From contig NEEC01000024.1 in the NCBI GenBank assembly GCA_002189035.1, positions 62,001 to 126,000 on the forward strand: a stretch of DNA of 64,000 bases. Direction: 5' to 3'. The position numbers and the translations under genes were made by a program. The first letter of the stretch is position 1, and each line of letters starts with the position of its first letter. The notes below the pieces were generated by a model that had not been told where the DNA came from, did not search any database, and was given only the letters and a program-made list of their open reading frames with translations. This document shows positions 39,975 to 50,549 of the stretch, in pieces. Origin of the DNA: Utricularia gibba (taxonomy: Eukaryota > Plantae > Magnoliophyta).

Positions 39975-40360
39975 AGGGGGAAAAACAAGAGTCCAGGTAG
40001 ACCTAGATCTTGTGAGTTAGTTGTATGATTTGTGGTTTGTATGAGCTTGTTTAGTGATGAGCATACATCCCCTAGAAGTCCCAAGGCATCACCCATTTCA
40101 TTCCATAAACAACCGAGCTCCAGAACTTATTACTTTTCTTTACTGTATTTCGTTTTAGTTCTACCTTAGTCCTAGCTAAGACCAATTTTATCAACTTGAC
40201 ACTGATTTCATGCATTAACTTTCACATAGCAAGCACCTGCTCTTCATGTTCGACCCTAACCACTATGCTCATAATTGTTTTATGCTTGAAGGTGTATTAG
40301 GTTATAAATTTATTTGATAGGAAGATTTACATTTACGACGTGTAATTTTTTCGTTTATCA
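39975..40360 (+). repeat. 3' portion of an Athila LTR
   Basis: Colinear with ~36678-37070 (roughly 80% by eye); ends TTTTCGTTTATCA. Confidence 0.9.
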
Positions 40361-41098
40361 GGCAGTGTCCCATTTCATTCATTTCCACCTTGATTGTAGC
40401 CAACAAGCTTTAATGAATACAACAGGTAGTCATCTCATGCCAATTCTATCTCTCATTCAACCATTGTATCATTGAGTCATCAACTCTTGATGTGTATTGA
40501 ACAAGTTGATAAAATTAGTTAAGCCAACCCACTATGAATCTAATTCCATAATTTAAACATGTCATGTGTAGTGAAGAGCTTGACTATAACCAACAACTCT
40601 ATCAACTAAAAATGACTATGATTCTCCTTATGTTAGTGGGAGGAATTAGCATAATTATTTAGTAAGGGGTTTTTCCATAGGAAACTCTTGCACTATGAAT
40701 ATCGATTCCCTATCATATAGGTTTTTTGACAACCCTTGCCTTTTCGTTCACCACACATTACTTCCTTGGATTTTCAAACACAATAATCAAAAATCCTAAT
40801 TGACCCAAGATGCTTTGGTCACAAATGAATTACCAAACATCTCATGCACTGATAATTCATCAATGTAATCATGCTCATATAATTAAAATTCGTGCATAAC
40901 CCATTATGCACAACAACTACACATGCGCAAACCATCAACATGATTTGCATATACACAAAATTCATAAATCTTGGAAGCATGAAACAACCATACGATTCAT
41001 AAAAGAGAATCTAACATATTCATCACATGCTTTTATGACAATAATCAACATCATACGAGAACATCTTAGAAAATCATAACAACAATTTCTTAAAGAAT
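40361..41098. other. Unassigned A/C-rich non-coding segment, possibly a minus-strand LTR fragment
   Basis: Composition only; no ORF, termini or in-window homolog recognised. Confidence 0.25.
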
Positions 41099-42236
41099 TG
41101 ATAACACATAGTTTTGAGTGCTTCAGAAGAGGAAAATGATTAGTATTATGCTACAAAACTTAGATTTTATTGTGTATTTCTGCGTTTTTGTGATTAGCGA
41201 CCGTATTTATGTCTTTTACTCTTAATTTAGATTTAGTCCCGATCTTAGTTCTAATCATTTCCTTGAGCAATGTCAGTAATCCAAATCCCAAGAAGCCAAA
41301 AGAGAATAATGAAGTTGCAGAAGATGTGGACAAAAGTTGAATGAAGTACACCAAATCCCAAGGTGAAGAAAAAAGATGATTTTTGAAATGATGAGAAAGA
41401 GAAAATATCTACAAACACTTAGAAAAAAACCCCATCAACTTCTGGGGAGAGAGGGGAAGAGATCTGGAAAAACTTACAGGAAGAACAAAGAAGACGAATC
41501 AGGAATCAAGCCCTCTTTTTAAGACTTCTCTTACTTATGAAGAGCATTACTCCTATCTGAGAATAGTTTTAGCTTTTTTGTGCAACTATTTACGATTCTA
41601 GTTATTGCTTATTTTGTTGTTTCTTTTCTTCATGTTAAGTTGTGGAACGAAGATGGTTTTAATGTTATGTTATGGAGTATGAGTAGCTAAGCACCTAGGC
41701 TTGGGACCAAAAGGTGATAGTGTGCAAATCATCATTTTGATCTTATTAGTCATAAATCACACTACTTCCTTAACAAACCAGGATAGATTCAAGAAGGGGA
41801 GGTAGTGACACTCATCTTAAACAACCCTAATTAGAGGTAGACCAAAGATTAGAGGAAAACAAGAGTTCGGGTAGACCTAGACTTTTGCTTGTTAGACGCA
41901 TGATTTGTGGGTTTGGTGAGGTTATTTTAGTGATAAGCATGCAGTCCCTAGAAGTCCCAAGGTATCACCTTGATTAATTTCATATAAAAACCTGTTTTTA
42001 CCCATTTATTGTTTTTCTACATCTTATCGTCGAACTGCCTTAGTGTGAGCTTAAATTAAATCTCTTAACTGTGACAAAAACAGCATGCATCAACCTTTAC
42101 ACAACAAGCACATAGCTCCTTGTATTCGACCTTGATCTACTATACTCATATTTTTCATATGATTGATTGTGAATTAGGCTATAAATTTATTTGATATGTG
42201 AATTTGCAATTCTAATGACTTGCATAAATTTTCGTT
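41099..42236 (+). repeat. Athila-type solo LTR, more diverged subfamily, last bases missing
   Basis: Starts TGATAACAC. Shares ACTTCCTTAACAAACCAGGATAGAT, ACAACCCTAATTAGAGGTAGACCAAAGATTAG and GGYTATAAATTTATTTGATA with the 36-37 kb LTR. Ends TTTTCGTTT without ATCA. Confidence 0.85.
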
Positions 42237-42930
42237 TCCTACCTTGTTACGAGGGGGTTGTCAAGGATTGCTAGGTGTCTAGCAGAGGTGGTATGGTGAG
42301 GATCATGCACCCACACACATTTTCGTAGTCCATCTCCTATGAGGATCGGACACCCCAAGCGTGGGAAGGTGTTGGTAATGGCCTGGCATCTAGAGTGTAG
42401 GTCACAGATCTTTATAATTGGTATGAGAGCCAGGTTGTGAAAAGGGACTAGGAACCTGGAAGGAAACACCGATCCTCTTGCTACCCCACCACTGCCAGGC
42501 ATGATAGTAGATATTATATGTGGATTTGGAACATGATTATGCTGCTATATGAAATAGGAGATGAGGACTTGGTATGGGATTAGCACAGTAGAGGTGAATG
42601 TAATGATAAAATAAGGTGAGATCGATCAGCCAAGTAGTCATACAAAGAATGTGCCTATGTGGAACTTGAGTACTAGTGGTGTTAGATTGGTGATTGGTGT
42701 GATCAATGCATAGAGTGGAGGATGATAAGTAGCATGTACAAGGAGATCTACATGGCCTCAGAGGGCGAGTAGTGGAGATGTGATTGATGACTAGACATGC
42801 AATGTATGGAAATGGATTATTTTGATGGTGTGACAGAAAGTGTTGGGAAGGAACTTTTAGGGGATAAGCGATGCATAAGGGAATAAATTGATGAGAGGAG
42901 AGGCACCAACTCCAAGGGTGTTACCTCTTT
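42237..42930 (+). mobile_element. Degenerate Tekay fragment (LTR end, PBS, leader, gag start) related to the 58.5-64 kb element
   Basis: AGGTGTTGGTAATGGCCT...TGGTATGAGAGCCAGGTT (PBS-like at 42419-42431) matches the reverse complement of ~63876-63950; GATGAGGACT matches the gag start at 63757. Confidence 0.75.
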
Positions 42931-42949
42931 AGAATTTACGGCAGGAGAC

Positions 42950-43110
42950 ATGAACGCGGTTCCAATTCCGGTTAGGTTCTAGGACATGAGCGTCCATACG
43001 GTTCCGGTTCCAGAATCGGAACCATACCATTTCGGTTCAATTCGACATATTTGGAATCGTCGAATTGTTGGTTCTGACCCATGCGGAACCAATGGTTCGA
43101 AACCGTGAAC
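42950..43110. repeat. Cluster of GGTTCC/GGAACC motifs, possibly the subterminal region of a non-autonomous DNA element
   Basis: Repeated CGGTTC/GAACC motifs in both orientations; no TIR or TSD identified. Confidence 0.35.
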
Positions 43111-43489
43111 TACTATGGGTACTATGGGTGTCAAAATAGCTTACTCTAGGCATCCATATGGCCCATTGTAGGTGCCTGCGAATATTTGTCTATTATAATT
43201 TAATGTTTTCAATTGATCCTTAATTAGGTAGTGGATCTAGCACATGTTTTCGAAATTTTAACTATTTCAATTGATTTTAGAAAAATATCAATTGTGTAAG
43301 TGTGTGAGAAATCTACCCATTCTTTTTAATTTTTTTTAATTTTTAACAAATAAAATTGATGTATTTTAATCTTTATCAATATAAATATAATATTTTTTAA
43401 TATTAAAAAAATTATATCATAAAATATGTATAAAAATGAAAAGAATATACATATCAGTAAATCGATAAAAAATAGTATGCGCTCGATAC

Positions 43490-43725
43490 AAAAATGGATT
43501 TTCCACCGAGCCGAGTTCATATTTTTTTTTATATTTTAAATTTATCTTGTGCACTAGCTCCTTAGGTGTTATTTGGAAACTGCTCTACCGATCGAGTGTT
43601 GTTTTTTAAATTTGTAGTATGAACACGTGTGACCGTGTTCCACACACGTAATAGCGATCGAGTGCCGGTTTTTAATTTTTGAGAACTGCTATAGCGCTCG
43701 ATTCACATGCATTATATGGATCGAG
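43490..43725 (+). repeat. Hairpin-module array (GATCGAGTG type)
   Basis: CCTTAGGTGTTATTTGGA, repeated GATCGAGTG and GCGCTCGAT; same orientation as the 25.7 and 32.2 kb arrays. Confidence 0.7.
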
Positions 43726-43869
43726 TAGTTTTGACAACCGTACACAGACAACAACATCGCACGATTGAAATGCACCTATTTCCAGAATTCACCGAATGGA
43801 AGCAGGTGTGCGTAGCTGTTACATTGTCATATTTCACAAGTTTATATCGAAAATTCAAGTTAAGACATA

Positions 43870-45611
43870 TCATAGTCCATATTTCTCTCTATATCTATCC
43901 AGAATCAATTTTTCCCTCTTCAGTTCTTTGATTTCCCGTTCTTGCTCATCAATCTTCTTGTCACTCTCTTTTAACATGTTTTCGAGGGTGGCCAATGTCG
44001 CCTCATAACCATCCCTTCTCTGTTCATATATCTCCGCAGCAGCGAGCTTGAGATGTATCTCTTCCATCGATTTCTCGTGTTGTATTTTCTGGTCCACCCA
44101 TGCATCTACTCTTCTCTGCAAAACAAATAATTTTGCCTTATCATCACCTGCAACACACCAATGCTTCATCTCCTTCCTCAAAACCTCCACTTCGGTTGTC
44201 TTCAGCGCTAATTGTTGTTCAAGATTTTCAAAGTCTCGTATCTTCATTGTCGTGGAGAGTTCTTGAATTTTCTGGTCTCTGCTTGCAAGGTCATCTTTGT
44301 AGTTCTTAATGATGTTCTCCAGAACAGTGATGTGCTCTTTCAGTGGTTGAATTTTGTCATTGAGATAAACAACCTGAAATGCATATGGTAATACAGTAAG
44401 CAAAGAAGAGCTGGAATACAGTGAGGTAAAAAGCATTCATTTTACAATGTCACAGAACATGAACAGACTTTGAACCAAAATCACTAATGCTTGCATTGCG
44501 AATTCACCAAAATATGTAAATAAATCCGACAAGCTCACATCTTGTATTTCTTCTTGATCTTCAGTCTGTGTTCCTTTGGAATGTACCGTAGCCTGTTCTT
44601 CCAGATCTTCGGTCTGAGTTCCGTGGCACAGTACCTCACGATGTTCATCCAGAACATTAGTCTGCGCCCTTTCTTCAGTGGTATGTGGTAATGAAGCTAC
44701 CTGCTATCAACAAAGTTTAATCAGAGTTCAACAGCTTAAATATACTCATACGCACTTGTTCCAATGCTAGAGGCTGTTCCTGTTGATGTGCAATTGGCTC
44801 GAATGCTACGATATCCAGCTTCCTTTTTTTGCTTGGCCTGGTGTTTGTGGGCAGTGGAATATGATCTGATTGTTGATGCCACTCTTGAATTCCATGAATT
44901 CTCTTGAACCCTGCAGTGATATAATTATTGAACCATGTGGTTAAAATTTAACACCAAAGAAAAGTAAAAAACAAAAAAAAAACAGTTTTACCTTTGTGTT
45001 GTGACTTGGGCAATCAACTCTGCCTGCTTGTATGACTTATTCGCAAGCTTTTTTCGCATTTCTTCCCTCTCAATGACAGGTAGAAATTCTTCTTTCTTGT
45101 GGGGTTTTACACTGTCTGGACCAACGTATGTTCGCGGGAAATTCCATTGAGCTTCAACAGGCGGCGTAATCCACAAAAGCTTCTTTTTCCATTTTGGAAA
45201 ATTGGAAGGCAGATCATCGATAAATTTGTACCCAGGGTTAGCTTGAAAATACCAACTAACATGCTCAGAAGCGTTTGATTTTTTCCCTTTTTTGAGTTGC
45301 ACCATTGATAGCAATCTAGGAACACTTGCATCGTACCCTTCTTCCACACAAAATTGGAAAAACGCCCAAAGTTGGATAATTGAACCAGGGGTGATCATAC
45401 AAAGGGGCATGCAAACAAAGTTGAGCAATTCAATAATAAAAGGCAAGAGTGGAATTTGCAAGCCTATTCCGAACATTTTTCTGGGCACAAGATACGCATT
45501 TGGAAGAGTCTGCGGAGCAGGGTCCGTCAACTCAGTGCCCATGGACGCAATCTCAAGACCGTATTCTCGTGGGATTTGGTATTTCAAGCGAATTTTCTCA
45601 ATTGCATCCAT
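43870..45611 (-). CDS. Four-exon Transposase_28 (PF04195)-like plus coiled-coil protein; first splice junction out of phase by 1 nt
   Basis: Exon 1 45611-44992 (IRLKYQIP...LQIPLLPFIIELL...TPGSI...WYF...LPSNFPKWK), exon 2 44910-44756, exon 3 44700-44539, exon 4 44373-43870 (long heptad-rich coiled coil). All three introns are GT-AG; introns 2 and 3 are phase 0 and open. Confidence 0.7.
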
Positions 45612-45734
45612 GGGTGTGGTCGAGGTTACTAACCTGAAAGGATAGACTAGAGAACAACTGACGCCAAATTGGAAAGTTACAGCCCTGATGTTGCGATTAG
45701 GAATCGGTGGAAGGCTACTTTTGCCCCAATCGTG

Positions 45735-46020
45735 TTCCCCTTTCGACACTACCGCTATGTATGGATCGATTGGGTGACGGTAAACAGAATAATAGCGCTC
45801 GATCCTTAAGCACCATATAGATCGAATGTATTAGATAATACATATTAAATTCGTAGACTAAATATCATAGCGTTCGATATTTACGTCGCACTTTGGTCGA
45901 ATGAATAAATTACGTGGTTTTAATTGTGGAAAAAATCCTATAGCGCTCCACCCTCCTTGTTGATTTAGTTCGAATGGTTTAAATTTTGTTTAAATAATAC
46001 CAACATACGCACGTCGGTTT
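45735..46020 (+). repeat. Hairpin-module region upstream of the Transposase_28-like gene
   Basis: GCGCTCGATCCTTAAGCACCATATAGATCGAATG and related motifs; homologous to 35664-35952 (inverted). Confidence 0.7.
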
Positions 46021-47060
46021 AAGCAATCAATCCACTCTTTGGCTGAATAGTTTTATATAATTTCAAAATATATTTTTATAATTTTTCAGTACTGTTTTTA
46101 TCTACTTAATACCTCAATCTTCTGACTTTTTTAGGCAGAATTAAGGTTGCATAATATTACTACATATGATGAGGCGAATGATGATGATGATGATTCACAC
46201 ATTACTTGAAGTAGTATGCTGATCTCCTATCATGTTATCATTGGTGTTGAGATTTTTAAATGTTTTAATTTAATATGAAGTACTAATTGCATTCTAGTGA
46301 TTCATGTGCAAATAGGGCAAATACCTCAACTTTTTTATTTCCTTTACAATTTACCCTACTTTTATAAATATTTTGCTAATTATCAAAAAAATTAGATTTT
46401 TTTTTTTATATTTTACCTCAACTTTATGATTTTCATATTTATATTCCTAACAAAATTGTTAAAAAAATGTATTTTTTAATACGTTAATATTGTTAATAAT
46501 ATATTTTGAATTTAGAATGTAACATTTCAATTTTAATAGGTTTTAATATTTAGGATTTAGTTTTTTTTTAATTTTGGATTTAAGTTTTAAAATTTAATGA
46601 TTTCTTTTGATACATGAATATTATAAATACTCACTTGTCTTACATAATAATTTCTTTTGATATACAATATTTATTAATAATAAATTTTTTATATAATCTA
46701 ATTTTCATATTCCATCTTATCATATGTTTGATATTTATACATGAAATTTATTTCATTGTTTATCTTTAATATAATATTGAAAATTTTTTAACGAAAAACA
46801 ATGTATCACATTTTATTATTCTTATTATTAGATTTTGAAATACTTTAAATTAAAAACATGTTATAAATAAGGTAAAAGGCTAATCAAACACTTCTGACAA
46901 GGGTAAAACGACGAAGGAAGTGATTCACAAACAATAAATGTTTTTGAATAATAAGGGTTCAACGTGGTGTGAGAACATGAGCATCGTCGTGTGAGAACCT
47001 GAGCATGGAGAGAGGGGCAAAGGACAAGTCATTAATCATCTACTTTCAAGTTCAAGTCAC

Positions 47061-47092
47061 CAAAAAACAAAAAACAAAAAACAAAAAAAAAA
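47061..47092. repeat. (CAAAAAA)n A-rich simple repeat
   Basis: Direct reading. Confidence 0.85.
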
Positions 47093-47219
47093 CTGTAGAT
47101 GACGAGTCTAACTCGTTACGGGTCGGGTAGAGGTTTGACCCTTGACAGGTCGACCCGTCTGAATCCGCCCAGTACATATTGACCCGACGAGTTCACCGTC
47201 GGGACTCGACCCGTGCCCT
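47093..47219. repeat. GACCCG/CGGGTC-rich segment with short hairpins, probable end of a non-autonomous DNA element
   Basis: Repeated GACCCG motifs in both orientations; stems CCCGACG/CGTCGGG and ACGAG/CTCGT. Confidence 0.45.
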
Positions 47220-48564
47220 CCATTTGTCTGTCCTCCTGTCTTTGCTTTTTCTTTTCTTCTTTTTCATGCCTACAGTTTCACTACCAATTCCATTAGACTC
47301 CACTTTTGCTGCTTCATCTTCCTCTGCATCTCGTTTTCGCTTCTCTTTCTTTTTCTTCTTCTCAGTTGCAGGCTTGCCCTCCTCAACATTCCCCCCTTCA
47401 CTGGTTCAGTTGCCTCCCCATTCTCTGCATATTGTGGATATCAAAACAAATGGGGGGTTAGGATAAAAATATGTCCACCTGCTAATGTTAATGAAAAGGG
47501 ATCAACCAACAAAGGGCTGCGTGCATCAAGTAATAGTTTCAAAGAGAGTAATCAAAACCTTTAATATCGACAGTTTTTAGAGCAGACACCATCACGTCAA
47601 TATTCTTCCTAGGAGCAACACCGTTGTCATAAAAATCTAATCGCTCCTCCACTTGTTCCCGTAGCTTCTCTCCAAAAGCATTTGTATTCTTCTCTGTGAT
47701 ACAGATGCATATTTATCTACACGGTTAATTCGTTACACATGAGATCTAATAAACAATTCAGAGAGGAAATGCCTAGTTACCCAAGAAACAGTCAATACGA
47801 GACGCAATGGAGCATTTGTTGGCAAGATAACGAGCCATGCGTCCTTTATTTCGAGCAGCTGCCCGACCAATGAATGAAGAGTGAAAAATAAGTCCATATT
47901 TTGGAGTGTTCCCACGTGTTTTTAATGCCCTGGAGATAACAAAGAAAACATTCATTAAAAAAAAAATCAGGTATCAATAGCAGCCAAAAAGAAATAGGCA
48001 CCTTAAGAAATATACCTGAACAGAGCTTTCTCTGCACCAAGAATCTGAAGAGTTGATGAGGGGCACTTGGCCAAGTTCGTAAGACTACCAGCATGTGAAA
48101 TTAAACGGGCGCCAACAACTTCACCAATCAATGCAGCCAAATTGGGGGCTATATCATTCATTTTGGTAACCAAATAGTCATGAAGCTTCTTTCTGTACTC
48201 GGCAAGGTCCATCACCCTCTGTGCAAATAGCTTTACATTGATTAAATCGACGGGTGAGAGATCCTGACCTGACAATAGAAATCCATGTAAGCATAGATCC
48301 ATGGTAAACAACACAATATAGACGGCATGACAATCATAAGCAATGACCTATAGATGGCACATCTTAACAAACATACCCATGGATGCCTTGGCAGCTTCTA
48401 TGATTTCCTTTGCCATGTCTTCATCCCCAACTATGTCTGTGAGACCTGATAAATGGTCTTCCGACAACTTAGATTTGTCCTCCACATACTTTGCAACTTT
48501 TGCGTACAAATAATTGTCGGTGACAATTTTCACTAACTCGGGAAAATGCCAAGAGTACCATTCC
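47193..48564 (-). CDS. NOP56: Nucleolar protein 56 (box C/D snoRNP core), 3' five exons only; partial or interrupted gene
   Basis: Exons 48564-48377, 48268-48016, 47929-47781, 47693-47559 and 47424-47193, with in-phase GT-AG introns. [11 protein letters not shown]...[59 protein letters not shown] is NOP56-type (NOP58 has KHATPKYG). The K/E-rich tail needs one more G in the G6 run at ~47391-47396. Confidence 0.92.
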
Positions 48565-48789
48565 CTATAAAAATCATGATAGAACGCATTGATACTAGTA
48601 AGTTTCTACTGTTCATACACACGCTAGACATCCAACAACAGTCCACAAAACATAAAGCACAGCTACACTAGACATCCAATACCAGTACAAAATGAAGTAT
48701 AGCTAATGCCTTTGACGCAACTGCAATTATGCAGACAGCATCATGAAAGTCTAGGCGCACGGCGCCACAACATGAAGGAAAAGGACGCA

Positions 48790-49350
48790 AACTAGCAAGG
48801 AAGTAGAGCTAAGTTACGAATAGGGAATTAAGACAGCAAGTCTCCCACACAGTCACCCATCACCCATCTTGGCGATCACGCCTCACTCCTCATCCACCTC
48901 CGCTGCACCCGCCTCGCCATCGGCCACGCCACCTACACAGGAAAGAGTAAGGGGAGTCAGTCCTATGCCACACGGTTCCCTCCTCAATCTAGACTACACG
49001 TGTTCCCAAAGTTTCCCCTCCACACGAAGCATCACATCAGTTCACACACATTGCCCCGCAAGGCATCTCCTTAACTTCTCGTATCAGCTCGTTGTTCATC
49101 CTAGGCATCTCCGATGTTCTCGTAATCGATCTGAACACCTTCCCATACCGAATCCTACACGTTTGGCACCTCTCCCACTGAGCACAAGTGCTCAGCGTTG
49201 CTGCCACGACCGTAGTTCGATGGCCCCGCTTATTGCTCACATGGCATCACGATCCGCGGCTTCGCCGCGTTGCCATTGGGGGTGCACTCCCCAATCCCGG
49301 TGTAGCTCACAACTCCTCGATCACACAGCGAGGTGCCTCGATCACACAGC
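48790..49350 (-). repeat. Internal LTR fragment of the same Tekay family as 58490-59362
   Basis: Colinear with ~58490-59020, roughly 85% by eye. Confidence 0.88.
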
Positions 49351-49660
49351 ATAACCCACACCCGACCCTTAGGAGTCATTTGGATCAAGTGGACATCACA
49401 AGGGCACAAGGGCGTAGTTTACGCATAACCCACGCCCGTGTGGCGTTGGCATGCTGCTGCGTACGCACACGGGCGTGGTTTACGCATAACCCACGCCCGT
49501 GTCGCGTTGTCATGCGGCTGCGTATGCACAAGGGCGTGGTTTACCCATAACCCACGCCCGTGTGGCATTGTCATGCTGCTGCGTGTGTCTACGGGGACTT
49601 GCTTGCGATGCTGTTGCGTATGCACACGGGCCAGGCTGCAGCACAAAGTGAGTAATAGCC
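49351..49660 (+). repeat. Third copy of the 0.9-kb unit, hairpin part
   Basis: Matches ~25060-25365. ATAACCCACGCCCGTGT occurs at 49425, 49486 and 49547 (spacing 61). Confidence 0.9.
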
Positions 49661-50076
49661 GAGCAAGGATCTTTTACGTGGAAACCGCCGGAAAGCGGAA
49701 AAACCACGGAGCTGCCGGAGCTTGCTGGAAAAGAGTTTCACTAGATGAAGATCGCTAAGAGGAGAATACAAATTGAAGAAATCTTTTTTTTGTCCCCCTC
49801 CTTCTTGTCATAATTCCGTTTATTTATAGGATAGCTCACTCTGACCGAATTTTGGTGTCTGCAAATATCGGTTGCTTTCTGCTCCTATTATACGATCTCG
49901 CTTTTCATATATCGGCCGCCTATTATACTGTAATTCGGCCGCTTTTCAGAGTGTCATATGGCCATACCTGTCAGATTTTTGACAGACGTCGATCTGTCGT
50001 CTGGCATTATCCCCTCGGGATCTCTTTTGGTAGCCTTTTAGGAACCGATTACCCTTGGCTGATTTTTCCCTTATCA
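49661..50076 (-). repeat. Retand 3' LTR (terminal ~111 bp missing)
   Basis: Matches 58028-58447 with ~25 differences in ~420 bp (about 94%). Confidence 0.95.
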
Positions 50077-50088
50077 TTCAGCCCCTCT
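50077..50088 (-). promoter_or_regulatory. Polypurine tract of the Retand element
   Basis: AGAGGGGCTGAA immediately before the LTR start TGATAAGGG. Confidence 0.75.
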
Positions 50089-50549
50089 GATTCGCCGATA
50101 TTAGCCCTTTTCGGGGTAAATCGGGGGATCAGAACTACTACGATACCGATTCTTGAGCTGCCGCTTCCCCGAATAAGCCACATGCCGTTCTCTGCCACGC
50201 GTTGGCTCGTTGGCACGCCATGTTTTTTCCCGCTCATTCTGGGTTCCCCAAACATCACGATGCTTCGTCTCCCTAACCTTTCCTGTATAAATAAGTGCCC
50301 TTCGCGTCAGTTCTTTCCTTTGCCCTCTCTGTTGCCTGCAAGAGTTTTGTGCCCTCCGTGCTCTGTCACACTCGTCTGCCGCTTGATCGTCGCGATATCC
50401 GTCGGAAACCGCCAATTTTCCAGGTATCATTCAGTTCTTCGTCTTTTCCATTCGGTCTTCTGGGATTTTTGACGGGTCCCCCTTGTCATTCTATGTCCTT
50501 CCCCCTTCCTGACTCCTGCCTCGTTCTAGGGTTTTGGGCTTCTTTGAAA

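Larger units (their letters stand above)
35960..40360 (+). mobile_element. Athila-lineage LTR retrotransposon, internally deleted, decayed
   Basis: LTR ending TTTATCA (37070), Asp-tRNA PBS, gag, protease, RT N-terminus, then the last ~390 bp of an LTR ending TTTATCA (40360). The left end is approximate. Confidence 0.9.

Noticed and set aside
46315-46960. Mutator-like MITE starting GGGCAAATACCTCAAC in a very AT-rich tract
   Set aside because: No matching inverted terminus or 9-bp TSD found.
46968-47006. Short direct repeat GTGTGAGAAC(A/C)TGAGCAT
   Set aside because: Two copies only; consistent with a local slippage duplication.
47425-48720. Intronic box C/D snoRNA in the NOP56 introns (as in vertebrate NOP56)
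   Set aside because: No RTGATGA...CTGA pair with a terminal stem was seen in these introns.
25010-49660. Helitron assignment for the hairpin-module family
   Set aside because: No Rep/helicase remnants, and no convincing terminal hairpin followed by CTRR at an A|T site. Left unclassified.
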